A DNA stretch of 64,000 nt from an uncultured Methanosarcinales archaeon (GCA_964405295.1 CAYONI010000001.1:106422-170421), one strand, 5' to 3'. Counted from the stretch's first letter, positions 8,582 to 17,951 are shown. Made by a program: numbers and translations. The notes: generated by a model from the sequence alone, not told the origin.

Positions 8582-8759
8582 TATTTCTTCTAAATAAATC
8601 ACAACAGATTTTCACTTCCGGTTGCATCCAAAAATTTTTTGGGGGAGTGCCTCGAGCAAAGCTCTAGGGAATGCTGATCATAGTTATTGATTTCTGTATA
8701 GGTAGATTAGGTCTGTTGGATTAAATAGAATTAGTTATAACAAAAAGAAAAAAAGCAAA

Positions 8760-8906
8760 TTACTCTAATTTGCCAATTTTAAACATCTTAGTACCACACT
8801 CAGGACAAGTTCCTTTTACGCAGTCTCTTCCGTTTTTCATTTTATCTGCTTTAGCATCTTTCATTACTCTTTTTGCTCTACATTTCATACAATATCCTTC
8901 AACCAT
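8760..8906 (-). CDS. Small zinc-ribbon protein, 48 aa (MVEGYCMKCRAKRVMKDAKADKMKNGRDCVKGTCPECGTKMFKIGKLE). It is below the ORF-track size cutoff.
   Basis: Two CxxC pairs in an uninterrupted 49-codon ORF found by reading the reverse strand by hand. It sits in a 550-bp region that otherwise has no annotation. Confidence 0.4.
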   Translation of the reverse strand: MVEGYCMKCRAKRVMKDAKADKMKNGRDCVKGTCPECGTKMFKIGKLE

Positions 8907-9012
8907 TTTGAGTACCCCACTCGTTTAAAATTCATCTTAAACTTTAGTTTAACTATATAAATCCTTTCTCATTCATAAATATTCTCGTTTTCAAAGCTAT
9001 TTTTAAGCCAAA

Positions 9013-9555
9013 TTAGGTATAAATTGAGTATCTATTAGGTTCGCACATTACGATCATTAAAAGTTTTTCATTGGATTTTTGTGCTTTTTCTAAGGTTTCA
9101 ATGTCCGTTTCTGAAGCTAAGCAGTGCTTAAAGGGGTGTGTGTGTAGCATTACTAATGTTTCTCTAGGGCAGCTACTAAAGCTAACATGCCTAAAGCTTT
9201 GGTCGTGTATCTTAGGGTAATATATTGATTCAACATAGTATCTACTATCTTGTTTAAATCCTAGTAGGCAGGTGCTTGTTTCAACTAGCTTTGTTTCTTG
9301 CTCAGAACTATACATTTCTGATAGTATATGCTCAGTATTATTAAGAAATATTATGCTTAGCTCCTTAAGGATTATTCTGTCCCCTTCTATTGCAGTAGAT
9401 CTTAATTGCCCTTCTATTATGTTGTTTATTGGATATCTCATGAATCCCCAAGATAATATCAACAAAATCATAAAAATTCCTATAACCATTACTATAATCT
9501 TCTTGGACTTTGATTCATCTATTTCTTCCTCTTCAAGCTCAACCCAGTGTTTCAT
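9013..9555 (-). CDS. Membrane-anchored JAMM/MPN+ metalloprotease-like protein.
   Basis: Exact JAMM signature HTHPFKHCLASETD (H-x-H-x7-S-x2-D) with a Glu upstream. One N-terminal TM helix (IIVMVIGIFMILLILSWGF) follows an acidic leader. Confidence 0.55.
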   Translation of the reverse strand: MKHWVELEEEEIDESKSKKIIVMVIGIFMILLILSWGFMRYPINNIIEGQLRSTAIEGDRIILKELSIIFLNNTEHILSEMYSSEQETKLVETSTCLLGFKQDSRYYVESIYYPKIHDQSFRHVSFSSCPRETLVMLHTHPFKHCLASETDIETLEKAQKSNEKLLMIVMCEPNRYSIYT

Positions 9556-9712
9556 ATATTTGTAATTACCTTGTGTTATTAAAAATTTTGCGGAGATATC
9601 GTAAAAATAGTTTTACTCAAACGAATACTGAATCATTCAGAAATAACTGGTTGCAATAGTATATTTAGAACTATGCTAATCTAATTTAATAGATAATTTA
9701 TTGGAGGTTAAA

Positions 9713-10174
9713 ATGCTAAGAAAAAAGGAATTAATGCTTTTAAGTTGCTTGAGAAGTAATGCTAGAGACACTTTAACTAATATCAGTAAGAAGACAAGAA
9801 TTCCAATAAGTACAATTTTTGATAAGCTAAAAGAGTATGAGAAAGGATTTATCCAGAAGTATACTTCTCTTATTGATTTTAAAAAACTTGGATATGATAT
9901 AAGAATGCATTTAATGCTTAAAGTCCCAATAAATAAAAGGGGTGAATTTGAAGAATTTGTAAAGAGCTCTCCTGCAGTAAACAATGTTTTTAGAATAAAT
10001 AATTTTTATGATTATATGGTTGAAACAATATTCAAAGACATAAAAGAGTTTCAAGTATTTGCAGATAAAATTGAGGTTTTTGGGGTTAGTGAGTTAACAG
10101 AACACTTTGTTATTGATGAAATAAAGAGAGAAAGTTTTATGTCTGATAAAAACTATATTGAATTAATACTTTAG
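9713..10174 (+). CDS. Lrp/AsnC-family transcriptional regulator.
   Basis: HTH segment LSCLRSNARDTLTNISKKTRIPISTIFDKLKEY followed by a RAM-like C-terminal half. GGAGG lies 5 nt upstream of the ATG at 9713. The ORF-track start at 9701 is a TTG. Confidence 0.7.
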   Translation: MLRKKELMLLSCLRSNARDTLTNISKKTRIPISTIFDKLKEYEKGFIQKYTSLIDFKKLGYDIRMHLMLKVPINKRGEFEEFVKSSPAVNNVFRINNFYDYMVETIFKDIKEFQVFADKIEVFGVSELTEHFVIDEIKRESFMSDKNYIELIL

Positions 10175-11052
10175 AATATCATTGGTGTAATATAAACTTC
10201 CAAAAATGCTGCAACGATGATTAACCCAATCGCGATTAGAATTAAGTCTGCACTATCTAATAGAACGTGCTCAAATTTTCTCGTGTTAAGATTGTGTTTT
10301 ATTACTGCAATACTAATAATTCCCCCTGCAAGACCTGCAACAAAATATGCTAATATTTCTGGTATTCCATGAATTGTATATTTTAATAATCCTATTGTAA
10401 CAACACTGAGATAGTTGGCGGCTTTTTCTAACCCGACCATATGGGAAAACATTGCAAGATTACTTCTTATAAAGTTTCCAATTGCAACACCTATAACTGA
10501 TGCATTCCATATTAGAATAAATATCGCCCCAACACCATATAGGAAAGAAAAAAGTATGCAAAATATTGTAACATTAAGATTGTTAAATAGTACGCTCCTA
10601 AATAATCCAAATCTTTGTGATACATTTGCAGTTATTCCAACATGCCCTGTTACTGCTGCATTTCCACCTGGATTAATTGTGTTAAGTGTGGCAATTTGTG
10701 ATTCAAATAATACATTTACTGTTGAGCCAGGCATAATAATATATAAAAGTATAATCCCCAGTACTGCACCAAAAAATAAGCACATAAAAAATCTTAAAGC
10801 TTTCCAGTGCTCTTTAAGTAAAAATTTTTCTGAGTGATCTTCTAGATCTTTTTTCTCTTCAAGCTTTATTGTTCTGTAGATTAATGGGACACTAGCAAGA
10901 GTTGTTAGAAATACGAAAACAAGGGTAGAGTATGATTCAAATATCCATAAACTTAGTAATGATGCAACAATTACAATAACAAATCCAAATATAACCAGAT
11001 AAAATGGATGTTTTTCAGCATTTTCAGCATTAAATATTGATTCTAAAACCAT
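10171..11052 (-). CDS. SpoIIM-like (DUF95) polytopic membrane protein.
   Basis: About 6 TM helices. The N-terminal cytoplasmic leader is followed by patterns typical of the stage II sporulation M family. Confidence 0.5.
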   Translation of the reverse strand: MVLESIFNAENAEKHPFYLVIFGFVIVIVASLLSLWIFESYSTLVFVFLTTLASVPLIYRTIKLEEKKDLEDHSEKFLLKEHWKALRFFMCLFFGAVLGIILLYIIMPGSTVNVLFESQIATLNTINPGGNAAVTGHVGITANVSQRFGLFRSVLFNNLNVTIFCILFSFLYGVGAIFILIWNASVIGVAIGNFIRSNLAMFSHMVGLEKAANYLSVVTIGLLKYTIHGIPEILAYFVAGLAGGIISIAVIKHNLNTRKFEHVLLDSADLILIAIGLIIVAAFLEVYITPMIF

Positions 11053-11118
11053 CAGGTTTAAACTTGATTATTTCATTTAAAAAGGTTTTTAAAGAAAGCT
11101 TAGTTTTAATATGGTAAG

Positions 11119-11409
11119 ATGTTCCTTGTAAAGTTTTTTGGAATAATGGATTTTCTGGCTGCGATTATCTTAGTTCTTTCTTTGTTTGGGATTGTACCTT
11201 TTAGGTTCGTGCTCCTTTTTGCAGCTTATTTGTTTATCAAGGGATTTATATTTAAAGGAGATGTTGCAAGCACAATTGACATGATTGCAGCGGTTCTTAT
11301 GCTTCTGATGTATTTTATTGGTTCTTCTTCAGGATTTTTTACAGTTCTTGCAGTTATCATTATAGTTTATCTTGCACAGAAAGCATTTTTTAGTTTTGTT
11401 TCAATTTAA
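11119..11409 (+). CDS. Small membrane protein, 96 aa.
   Basis: Three hydrophobic helices. Confidence 0.35.
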   Translation: MFLVKFFGIMDFLAAIILVLSLFGIVPFRFVLLFAAYLFIKGFIFKGDVASTIDMIAAVLMLLMYFIGSSSGFFTVLAVIIIVYLAQKAFFSFVSI

Positions 11410-11580
11410 ACTAACTTATCTGTGTTGTCTAAGAGTGAGCTGATTGTGATCATATTTTAAGTGCGTTGTTTGGGGTCGCTTCATACGGGAAAGCAGCACT
11501 ATAAAAAATAACAAAGATTCAGCGAAAGGCAACAGATAATTTAAACTAACTTTATAAAACAAACTGGTTTCTCTTGTGTT

Positions 11581-12573
11581 ATGAATTTTCAAGATTTACA
11601 CTACATAGAGAACTTCCAATTTTATCTAGACTTAGCTATAAGAAAAGCTGAAGAAAAAGCAAGACTTCTAAGGCAAAGTATTAAGTTGAGTAGTGTTCCA
11701 AGAATAATTAAATCAAAAAGAATTGAAATAGAAAAATTGCGAGTAATTAGAGATGTTCTAAGTGAAAGATTGGGAGATATTCATCTTAAGTTTCCAAGTG
11801 TTGATAATTTGCCTGAGTTTTATAATCAGCTAATGAAAGTAAATCTTGATGTGGATATGTTAAAGAAGGCTTTGGGAAGTATTGCCTGGGCAAGGGCTAA
11901 TATTACAAAAATAGCTAAGATGTATACAATTAAGATAAAAGGTTCAAACAATCAAGGAGAAGTTTCAAAACTTGGTTCTTCTGCACTCGGAAGAATCTCA
12001 AGTATAATGAGTCAAATCAGCAAGTTTCTTTTATTTGTAGAAGGTGCAAGAAAGATAATGAGAAATTTTCCTGCAGTAAAAACTTCTTTGTTTACAATTT
12101 CAATTGCAGGATTTCCTAATGTTGGTAAATCAACTCTTCTAAAGAAGATAACTTCTTCTGATCCAGAAATTGCTGTTTATGCTTTTACAACAAAGCAATT
12201 AAATACTGGTTATTCTGTGCAGAATAATGTTAAGTTACAATTTATTGATACTCCTGGAACTCTTGCAAGATTTGAGAAAATGAATACTATTGAGCGTCAA
12301 GCGTTTCTTGCAATGAAGTATGCTTCACAGATGATAATTTATGTTTATGATATTACTGAAACTTATCCTATTGAAGATCAAGATAGGCTCCTTGGATTAA
12401 TTGAGGAAATAGATAAGCCAATTATTATTTATATAAGTAAGACTGACATCATCGATAAAAGTAAAGTTGATGAATTTATTAAGAATTTTTCCAAAGACCA
12501 TAAAATTTGTTTAACAGGTGAAGAGTTGTTCACTGAAATTCTGAAAGTTGAAAAGAATGTTTACGAAGAATAA
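11581..12573 (+). CDS. Nog1/Obg-like nucleolar-type GTPase.
   Basis: G1 GFPNVGKST. G3 DTPG. G4 SKTD. The N-terminal helical domain is typical of archaeal Nog1, and the length is ~330 aa. Confidence 0.75.
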   Translation: MNFQDLHYIENFQFYLDLAIRKAEEKARLLRQSIKLSSVPRIIKSKRIEIEKLRVIRDVLSERLGDIHLKFPSVDNLPEFYNQLMKVNLDVDMLKKALGSIAWARANITKIAKMYTIKIKGSNNQGEVSKLGSSALGRISSIMSQISKFLLFVEGARKIMRNFPAVKTSLFTISIAGFPNVGKSTLLKKITSSDPEIAVYAFTTKQLNTGYSVQNNVKLQFIDTPGTLARFEKMNTIERQAFLAMKYASQMIIYVYDITETYPIEDQDRLLGLIEEIDKPIIIYISKTDIIDKSKVDEFIKNFSKDHKICLTGEELFTEILKVEKNVYEE

Positions 12574-13113
12574 TTATTTTTTCTTTTTCAATTTACTTTT
12601 AACTGCTTTGTCAGAAATGATTGCAGAATTTCCAGATGTATCTTCTAGTGTAAGTTTGATTTTATCGTCTCCAGAAAGAACATTTCTTATTTTTTTAAGA
12701 TGATTTTTTGCAGTCTTTCTCTCGGTTTTTCCCTCTGCATTATTTCGTGCAAATTCAATTATTTTTTCAATTCTTCTTATGATTCCCTCAACATTGGTTA
12801 TGTATCCATTTGATGCATCGTTTGCTTCAACTGTTGCAATTCTTCCGAGTTTAATATTTGCATGACTTGACTTAATCACTCTTATTTTCAAATCTTCTTC
12901 AGAGCTTACTTCTATATCAAACTTTGATGGTTCCTGTTGATTATCAAATTCAACATCTGCTTTGTGATAACCGCACCCATTACAGTTCATAGAGAAAATA
13001 TATGCTAACCCAAAAAAAGGGATTTCTCTTTCTGCTTCCATTAGTGTCAAAGTGTTCTTATTGCAGATTGGACATGGTTGTCCTTCTAATATGTCTGGCT
13101 CTTGTCCTGTCAT
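12574..13113 (-). CDS. ZPR1-type zinc-finger protein.
   Basis: CPICNKNTL....CNGCGYHKADVE zinc finger followed by a ZPR1 A-domain-like beta region. The ATG at 13113 (MTGQEPD...) is preferred. The track start at 13212 is a TTG. Confidence 0.7.
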   Translation of the reverse strand: MTGQEPDILEGQPCPICNKNTLTLMEAEREIPFFGLAYIFSMNCNGCGYHKADVEFDNQQEPSKFDIEVSSEEDLKIRVIKSSHANIKLGRIATVEANDASNGYITNVEGIIRRIEKIIEFARNNAEGKTERKTAKNHLKKIRNVLSGDDKIKLTLEDTSGNSAIISDKAVKSKLKKKK

Positions 13114-13296
13114 ATCCTGCTTTGTTTTTTTTGTCTTTAAATAATTATCTAAATAATACACGGGGTAGTTGTTATTGGTGAATAGTAACACAATAGAAAA
13201 CTTTATAAACAAAAGTTACATTCTCTTGTCTAAGTTACCTATTATATAATAGTAACGCTTATTTTAACAAAAATTTCACAAGGGGGATAAAATAAA

Positions 13297-14655
13297 ATGG
13301 AAGCAGATGTACCGGTTGATATTCAACAAACTGTTATTGATTCTTTAAATCAACAAAATCAAGTTATTCTTGAGAGTAATTTAGAGGATAGCGTTAATGT
13401 TAATGATCGTGTTAATACTACTGTAAGATATGATTCAACAGAATTAAGAGCACTTAAATCAAATTTTACTTGGGATTATAAAGGTTTATGGCCTAATAAA
13501 GAAGGTGAAACTGAACGTATATTTTTTGTTAGCCCAAAGGCTAAAACACTCTCTGGTAAGCATTCATGGTTAACTAGATTAGCAGAGAATCTTGGAATTA
13601 AGGATTATGAGCTTCAAAAGGAGTTTTGCAATCAAACTGTTCAGAATACTATTGAATTCTATAAGAGCAATCCTGAAATTGCAGATGCTTTACATATTGA
13701 TCCTATTGCAATTGAAAAAAGATTAAAATTAACAAACGCACAGTATCCTAATAGTAGAGGAGACCCAGAGCTTTTAGGCAATTTACTTGATATTATGCAA
13801 GATTTAGTTGTTAAACCAGCACAATATTCTCAGGAAATACAAAAGGTTTTTTCAGTTTCAGCTGTTGATCCAACCTATATGGTAGACAATCTTGTGCTAT
13901 CATCAGATCTTTTAGAACAAAGACAAAATGACATTGAAGGAACACAGGATAGTCTTGGGGTTGCCCAACAAGAATTTGGAAGAGCATTAAGTAATCTTGA
14001 TTCTTATGTTTCAAACGTATTAAGTAATCTTGATTCAACTATTGGAGATGTAGTAAATGCTGAAAGATCAGATAATTCTAGATGGTCTACTTTTGCAACA
14101 GGGAATTATGTAGAAGGTAAGAAACCAGTTAATGGTCTTGGTATAGGATACAATCTTACTGATGGATTGTTAATGGATGCAAGCGTTTTACATTCTCAAG
14201 GAAATACTAACTCTAATGTAGGTCCTATGACAACAACTCTAATCGGTCCTAATGGTGATGAAGCATTTAGTCAAGAAACTATAACTACAAAAATGGATGA
14301 TGCTCTTGGGATTGGCTTCTCTATGTCTTATTTAGTTGAGTTAAATAAGATTTTGGGTTTTGGTTTTGAAACAGGTTATTTTTTCATACCTAAAGCAGGA
14401 ACTGTTACTTACTCAAAAGAAGAAGGATTTAATTTTGTTGGTGGGAACACGCAATCCAATACTACAACTGTACTTAAGGACAGAAAGTCAAACGAGGAAA
14501 CATTTTATGCTGGCGTAAAAACTTCTGCAAAATTACGTAGAAATTTAGGTTTAGAGTTTGTAGCAGGTGGTTTTTATGACAAACCAAAAGATTTTTTCAA
14601 CAAAAAAGTAAAAGGTAATGTTGGATTATCTGCAAAAGTCAGATATAAGTTTTAA
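13297..14655 (+). CDS. Hypothetical 452-aa protein. The C-terminal third is beta-rich and ends ...KVRYKF. No signal peptide is present.
   Basis: AGGGGGAT Shine-Dalgarno upstream. TAATG overlap with the next gene. Confidence 0.5.
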   Translation: MEADVPVDIQQTVIDSLNQQNQVILESNLEDSVNVNDRVNTTVRYDSTELRALKSNFTWDYKGLWPNKEGETERIFFVSPKAKTLSGKHSWLTRLAENLGIKDYELQKEFCNQTVQNTIEFYKSNPEIADALHIDPIAIEKRLKLTNAQYPNSRGDPELLGNLLDIMQDLVVKPAQYSQEIQKVFSVSAVDPTYMVDNLVLSSDLLEQRQNDIEGTQDSLGVAQQEFGRALSNLDSYVSNVLSNLDSTIGDVVNAERSDNSRWSTFATGNYVEGKKPVNGLGIGYNLTDGLLMDASVLHSQGNTNSNVGPMTTTLIGPNGDEAFSQETITTKMDDALGIGFSMSYLVELNKILGFGFETGYFFIPKAGTVTYSKEEGFNFVGGNTQSNTTTVLKDRKSNEETFYAGVKTSAKLRRNLGLEFVAGGFYDKPKDFFNKKVKGNVGLSAKVRYKF

Positions 14656-14669
14656 TGAGGTCAAATAAA

Positions 14670-17600
14670 ATGAATAAAAAATTACTTATTCCGTTATTTT
14701 TATTGCTTATTTTTATTCCATCAGTTTTTGCAGTTATTACATCAGGTCAATTTGATGGTAATCAGATAATTGTAAATATTGATCAAGGGGATTCAATAGG
14801 TTTTGAAGCTTATGCTTATAGTGGATCATCAAATGTTTGGGGAAGTGTTTTTCTAGAGCATGGTGAATCAACTTATTCTTATGTTTTTGAAGAGTTTGAT
14901 GAGGCAGACGGAAATTATTATAACACTTTCACATTAAGTCCAGATATCTATAATAATGATTGTGGAACTTTTGACATTTATATCCAAGGTTACGATATGT
15001 ACCAAGGAGAAGAGTTTTCATATTCTTTTATGATAAGAGCATATGTTGCTTGTCCTAATCACGAACCAACTTTCAACGGATACATCCAAGGTCAAACTAT
15101 TGACGATGGTGAAGAATTCGTAGATATTACTTTAACTGATTACTTCTCAGATGAAGACGAAGATGATGTTTTAACTTTCACTGCAGACAATGTTGAATTA
15201 GACATTGAATTCAATGATGGTGTTGCAACTATTACTTATGATAATTTTATTGGTGGTGAATTAGTAACTTTCATAGCTTGTGATTTAGCAGGTGAATGTG
15301 CTTACAGTAATCCTGTTTATTTTACTGTTAACGAAGTTGTTACTAATACTGCTCCAACTTTTAGTGGTGTTATTTCAAATCAGGTTATTGATGATGGTGA
15401 AGTATTTGTTGATATTGTTCTTACTGATTATTTTAGTGATGCAGATGAGAATGATGTTTTAACTTTCTCTGCTGATAATGATTTATTTGATATTGAATTT
15501 AATGATGGTATTGCAATTATTACTTATACTGAGATTGGAAGTGAATGTATTACTTTTACTGCTTGTGATTTAGCAGGTGAATGTGTAAATAGTAATGTTG
15601 TTACTTTCACTGTTAACAAAGTTATTGTTAATACTGCTCCAACTTTTAGTGGTGTTATTTCAAATCAGGTTATTGATGATGGTGAAGTATTTGTTGATAT
15701 TGTTCTTACTGATTATTTTAGTGATGCAGATGAGAATGATGTTTTAACTTTCTCTGCTGATAATGATTTATTTGATATTGAATTTAATGATGGTATTGCA
15801 ATTATTACTTATACTGAGATTGGAAGTGAATGTATTACTTTTACTGCTTGTGATTTAGCAGGTGAATGTGTAAATAGTAATGTTGTTACTTTCACTGTTA
15901 ACGAAGTTATTCCAGAAAATAACATTTTAAACTTTGAAAACGATTTTGAAGACATTGAAATGTATATTGGGGAAGAAGTTCAAATTAATCTTTGGGCAAA
16001 CACGGTTTACACAAATGCAAATGGTAACCCTTTGAATTTAGCAACTCTTAATTATAGTATTCAAGATAATACTTGTAACGGAATTGTTTATTTTGAGATT
16101 GACAATGAAGAGTTAACAGTAAGTTCATCTAATGTTATTGATAGTTGTTATTTTGAAATCTATGTTGAAGAGACTGTTTACTCAAATGAAATGCAAGTAA
16201 CTAATAGCAATTCAATTAGTGTTAATGTTATACCAGAACCACAAGTATTTATAGATGATATTAATTGCTTATTTGATCAAGTTCCTGCAAATGGGATACA
16301 AGCTTGTCAAATAAACGTTTTAGATAACTCTGTAATTCCTGTCGCAATAAATGGTGTGACTGTTGAATTGTATTATATGGGTACTAATGAGTTAATTGGA
16401 ACTTGTGTTACTGAAAATTTAGGAACTTGTGGTGTTGAAGATTTTGAAGTCTCAGGAACTCTTGGGATGTACGAAGTTTATGCATACGCATTTTTAGAAA
16501 GTTATATTAATGATACTGATATGGACCCAACTGATATTTTTGAAGTTGTTTCAAACACCTACAATATTCAAGACTTTTTCGTTTATGATGATGTTTCAGG
16601 TTTTGGAACAGGCAACATGGTTGTTGACTTTTTTAGAGGAGACGATGTCTATGTCGAATTTACTGTTTACGAAGATGGAACTCAATTAATGACTGAAATG
16701 GTTTCAAGTGTTAATCTTTATGATCAAACTTCAGGAGAATCTATTGGTATGAATTTAATAGATTTTGATAATGGAGTTTATTATTATGAATTAGATGCAA
16801 TTCCTTTGAGTGATGGTTTCCTAGGGGAAAATCTTGTTTTTTCATACGTTTTAAACAATGGAAATGCTGGCCAGGCAAGTCAACCAATTACTATTTACAA
16901 CAATGTTCCTGTTTGGGATGTAATTCCTGCACAGAATCTTGATGTTGAAGAAACTATTGAAATTGATTTAGCTGGTTATGCTTTTGATTTAGAAGATGGC
17001 GATGACGAATTAATTTTTGACATGGTATCTTATCCTACAAATCTTGTTAATTATACTTTTGACGGTTCAACTTTAGAACTTACTGGATTAAATGCAGGTA
17101 ATGGTGCAATCACTGTTAGTGTTGAAGACACTGAAGGAGATATGGTAACTACTTCATTTAATGTGGCTGTCGAAGATGTTCCTTCGCAAGTTATTGCATA
17201 CTTTGATGCACCTTCAAGAACACATAAGGGAGATGTTGTTATTTTCGATGCGACTGGATCACAGGGAGACATAGTTGAATATGTTTGGAATTTTGGTGAT
17301 GGGTCAACAAGTAGAAAAATCGCTCCAAATTCAGAAAAGATTATAAATAATGTTCAAGCGACTAGAGGTCTCGGCAATAATAATGTAAATACTAACAGGG
17401 AAATTGTAGAACACATTTACGGAACTATTGGTTACTTAACTGTAACTCTAACTGTTTATAATGTTGAGGGAGATAGTGATACTTATTCAAGAGTTATCAA
17501 TGTAGATGCACGTGGAGCTTGCTCTGACGGTCTTGATAACGATGGCGACAATCTTATTGACATGGACGATCCTGGTTGTCAAAATTCAGAAGGAAAAACT

Positions 17601-17951
17601 GAATTTAATTTTAGGTCAGGATTGGAAAGTGGAGTAGTTTTTGACTCAATTACAATTTGGTCAGATAGTGGTTATGATGCTCATCCAGGAGATAATGTTT
17701 ACGTTAATGTTAAGGTTGCTAATAATGCAGGCGAAGAAGCTGAGGATTTGAGAATTGCTCTTATGAGTCTTGATTTAGGTATGAAAATTAAATCATATCA
17801 ATTTGACTTAGATAATGGAGATACAAAGACAGTTAAGATGAGCTTTGAATTACCTCAGGATATTCGAGAAGGGGAGTACCCTTTGAGAGTGAGCGTAGCA
17901 AATGACGACCTTATTCACAGCAATTATTGGTTCTTTTACGTAGAGAACTAA
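14670..17951 (+). CDS. Large secreted surface protein or adhesin with three cadherin-like, acidic, Ca-binding-type tandem domains and a C-terminal CSDGLDNDGDNLIDMDDPGC module.
   Basis: Signal peptide MNKKLLIPLFLLLIFIPSVFA. Three ~95-aa repeats, two of them identical. DxDxD-rich segments. An alternative start is the TAATG-overlap ATG at 14655. Confidence 0.7.
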   Translation: MNKKLLIPLFLLLIFIPSVFAVITSGQFDGNQIIVNIDQGDSIGFEAYAYSGSSNVWGSVFLEHGESTYSYVFEEFDEADGNYYNTFTLSPDIYNNDCGTFDIYIQGYDMYQGEEFSYSFMIRAYVACPNHEPTFNGYIQGQTIDDGEEFVDITLTDYFSDEDEDDVLTFTADNVELDIEFNDGVATITYDNFIGGELVTFIACDLAGECAYSNPVYFTVNEVVTNTAPTFSGVISNQVIDDGEVFVDIVLTDYFSDADENDVLTFSADNDLFDIEFNDGIAIITYTEIGSECITFTACDLAGECVNSNVVTFTVNKVIVNTAPTFSGVISNQVIDDGEVFVDIVLTDYFSDADENDVLTFSADNDLFDIEFNDGIAIITYTEIGSECITFTACDLAGECVNSNVVTFTVNEVIPENNILNFENDFEDIEMYIGEEVQINLWANTVYTNANGNPLNLATLNYSIQDNTCNGIVYFEIDNEELTVSSSNVIDSCYFEIYVEETVYSNEMQVTNSNSISVNVIPEPQVFIDDINCLFDQVPANGIQACQINVLDNSVIPVAINGVTVELYYMGTNELIGTCVTENLGTCGVEDFEVSGTLGMYEVYAYAFLESYINDTDMDPTDIFEVVSNTYNIQDFFVYDDVSGFGTGNMVVDFFRGDDVYVEFTVYEDGTQLMTEMVSSVNLYDQTSGESIGMNLIDFDNGVYYYELDAIPLSDGFLGENLVFSYVLNNGNAGQASQPITIYNNVPVWDVIPAQNLDVEETIEIDLAGYAFDLEDGDDELIFDMVSYPTNLVNYTFDGSTLELTGLNAGNGAITVSVEDTEGDMVTTSFNVAVEDVPSQVIAYFDAPSRTHKGDVVIFDATGSQGDIVEYVWNFGDGSTSRKIAPNSEKIINNVQATRGLGNNNVNTNREIVEHIYGTIGYLTVTLTVYNVEGDSDTYSRVINVDARGACSDGLDNDGDNLIDMDDPGCQNSEGKTEFNFRSGLESGVVFDSITIWSDSGYDAHPGDNVYVNVKVANNAGEEAEDLRIALMSLDLGMKIKSYQFDLDNGDTKTVKMSFELPQDIREGEYPLRVSVANDDLIHSNYWFFYVEN
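15345..15914 (+). repeat. Perfect in-frame tandem duplication of 2 x 285 bp inside the surface-protein gene. A diverged third copy lies at ~15060..15344.
   Basis: 15345..15629 and 15630..15914 are identical apart from one junction base (aacaaagtt vs aacgaagtt). Confidence 0.85.

Noticed and set aside
15345-15914. CRISPR-like or satellite repeat array.
   Set aside because: There are only two long (285-bp) identical units, they are in frame within a coding sequence, and no spacer structure is present. This is an intragenic tandem domain duplication.
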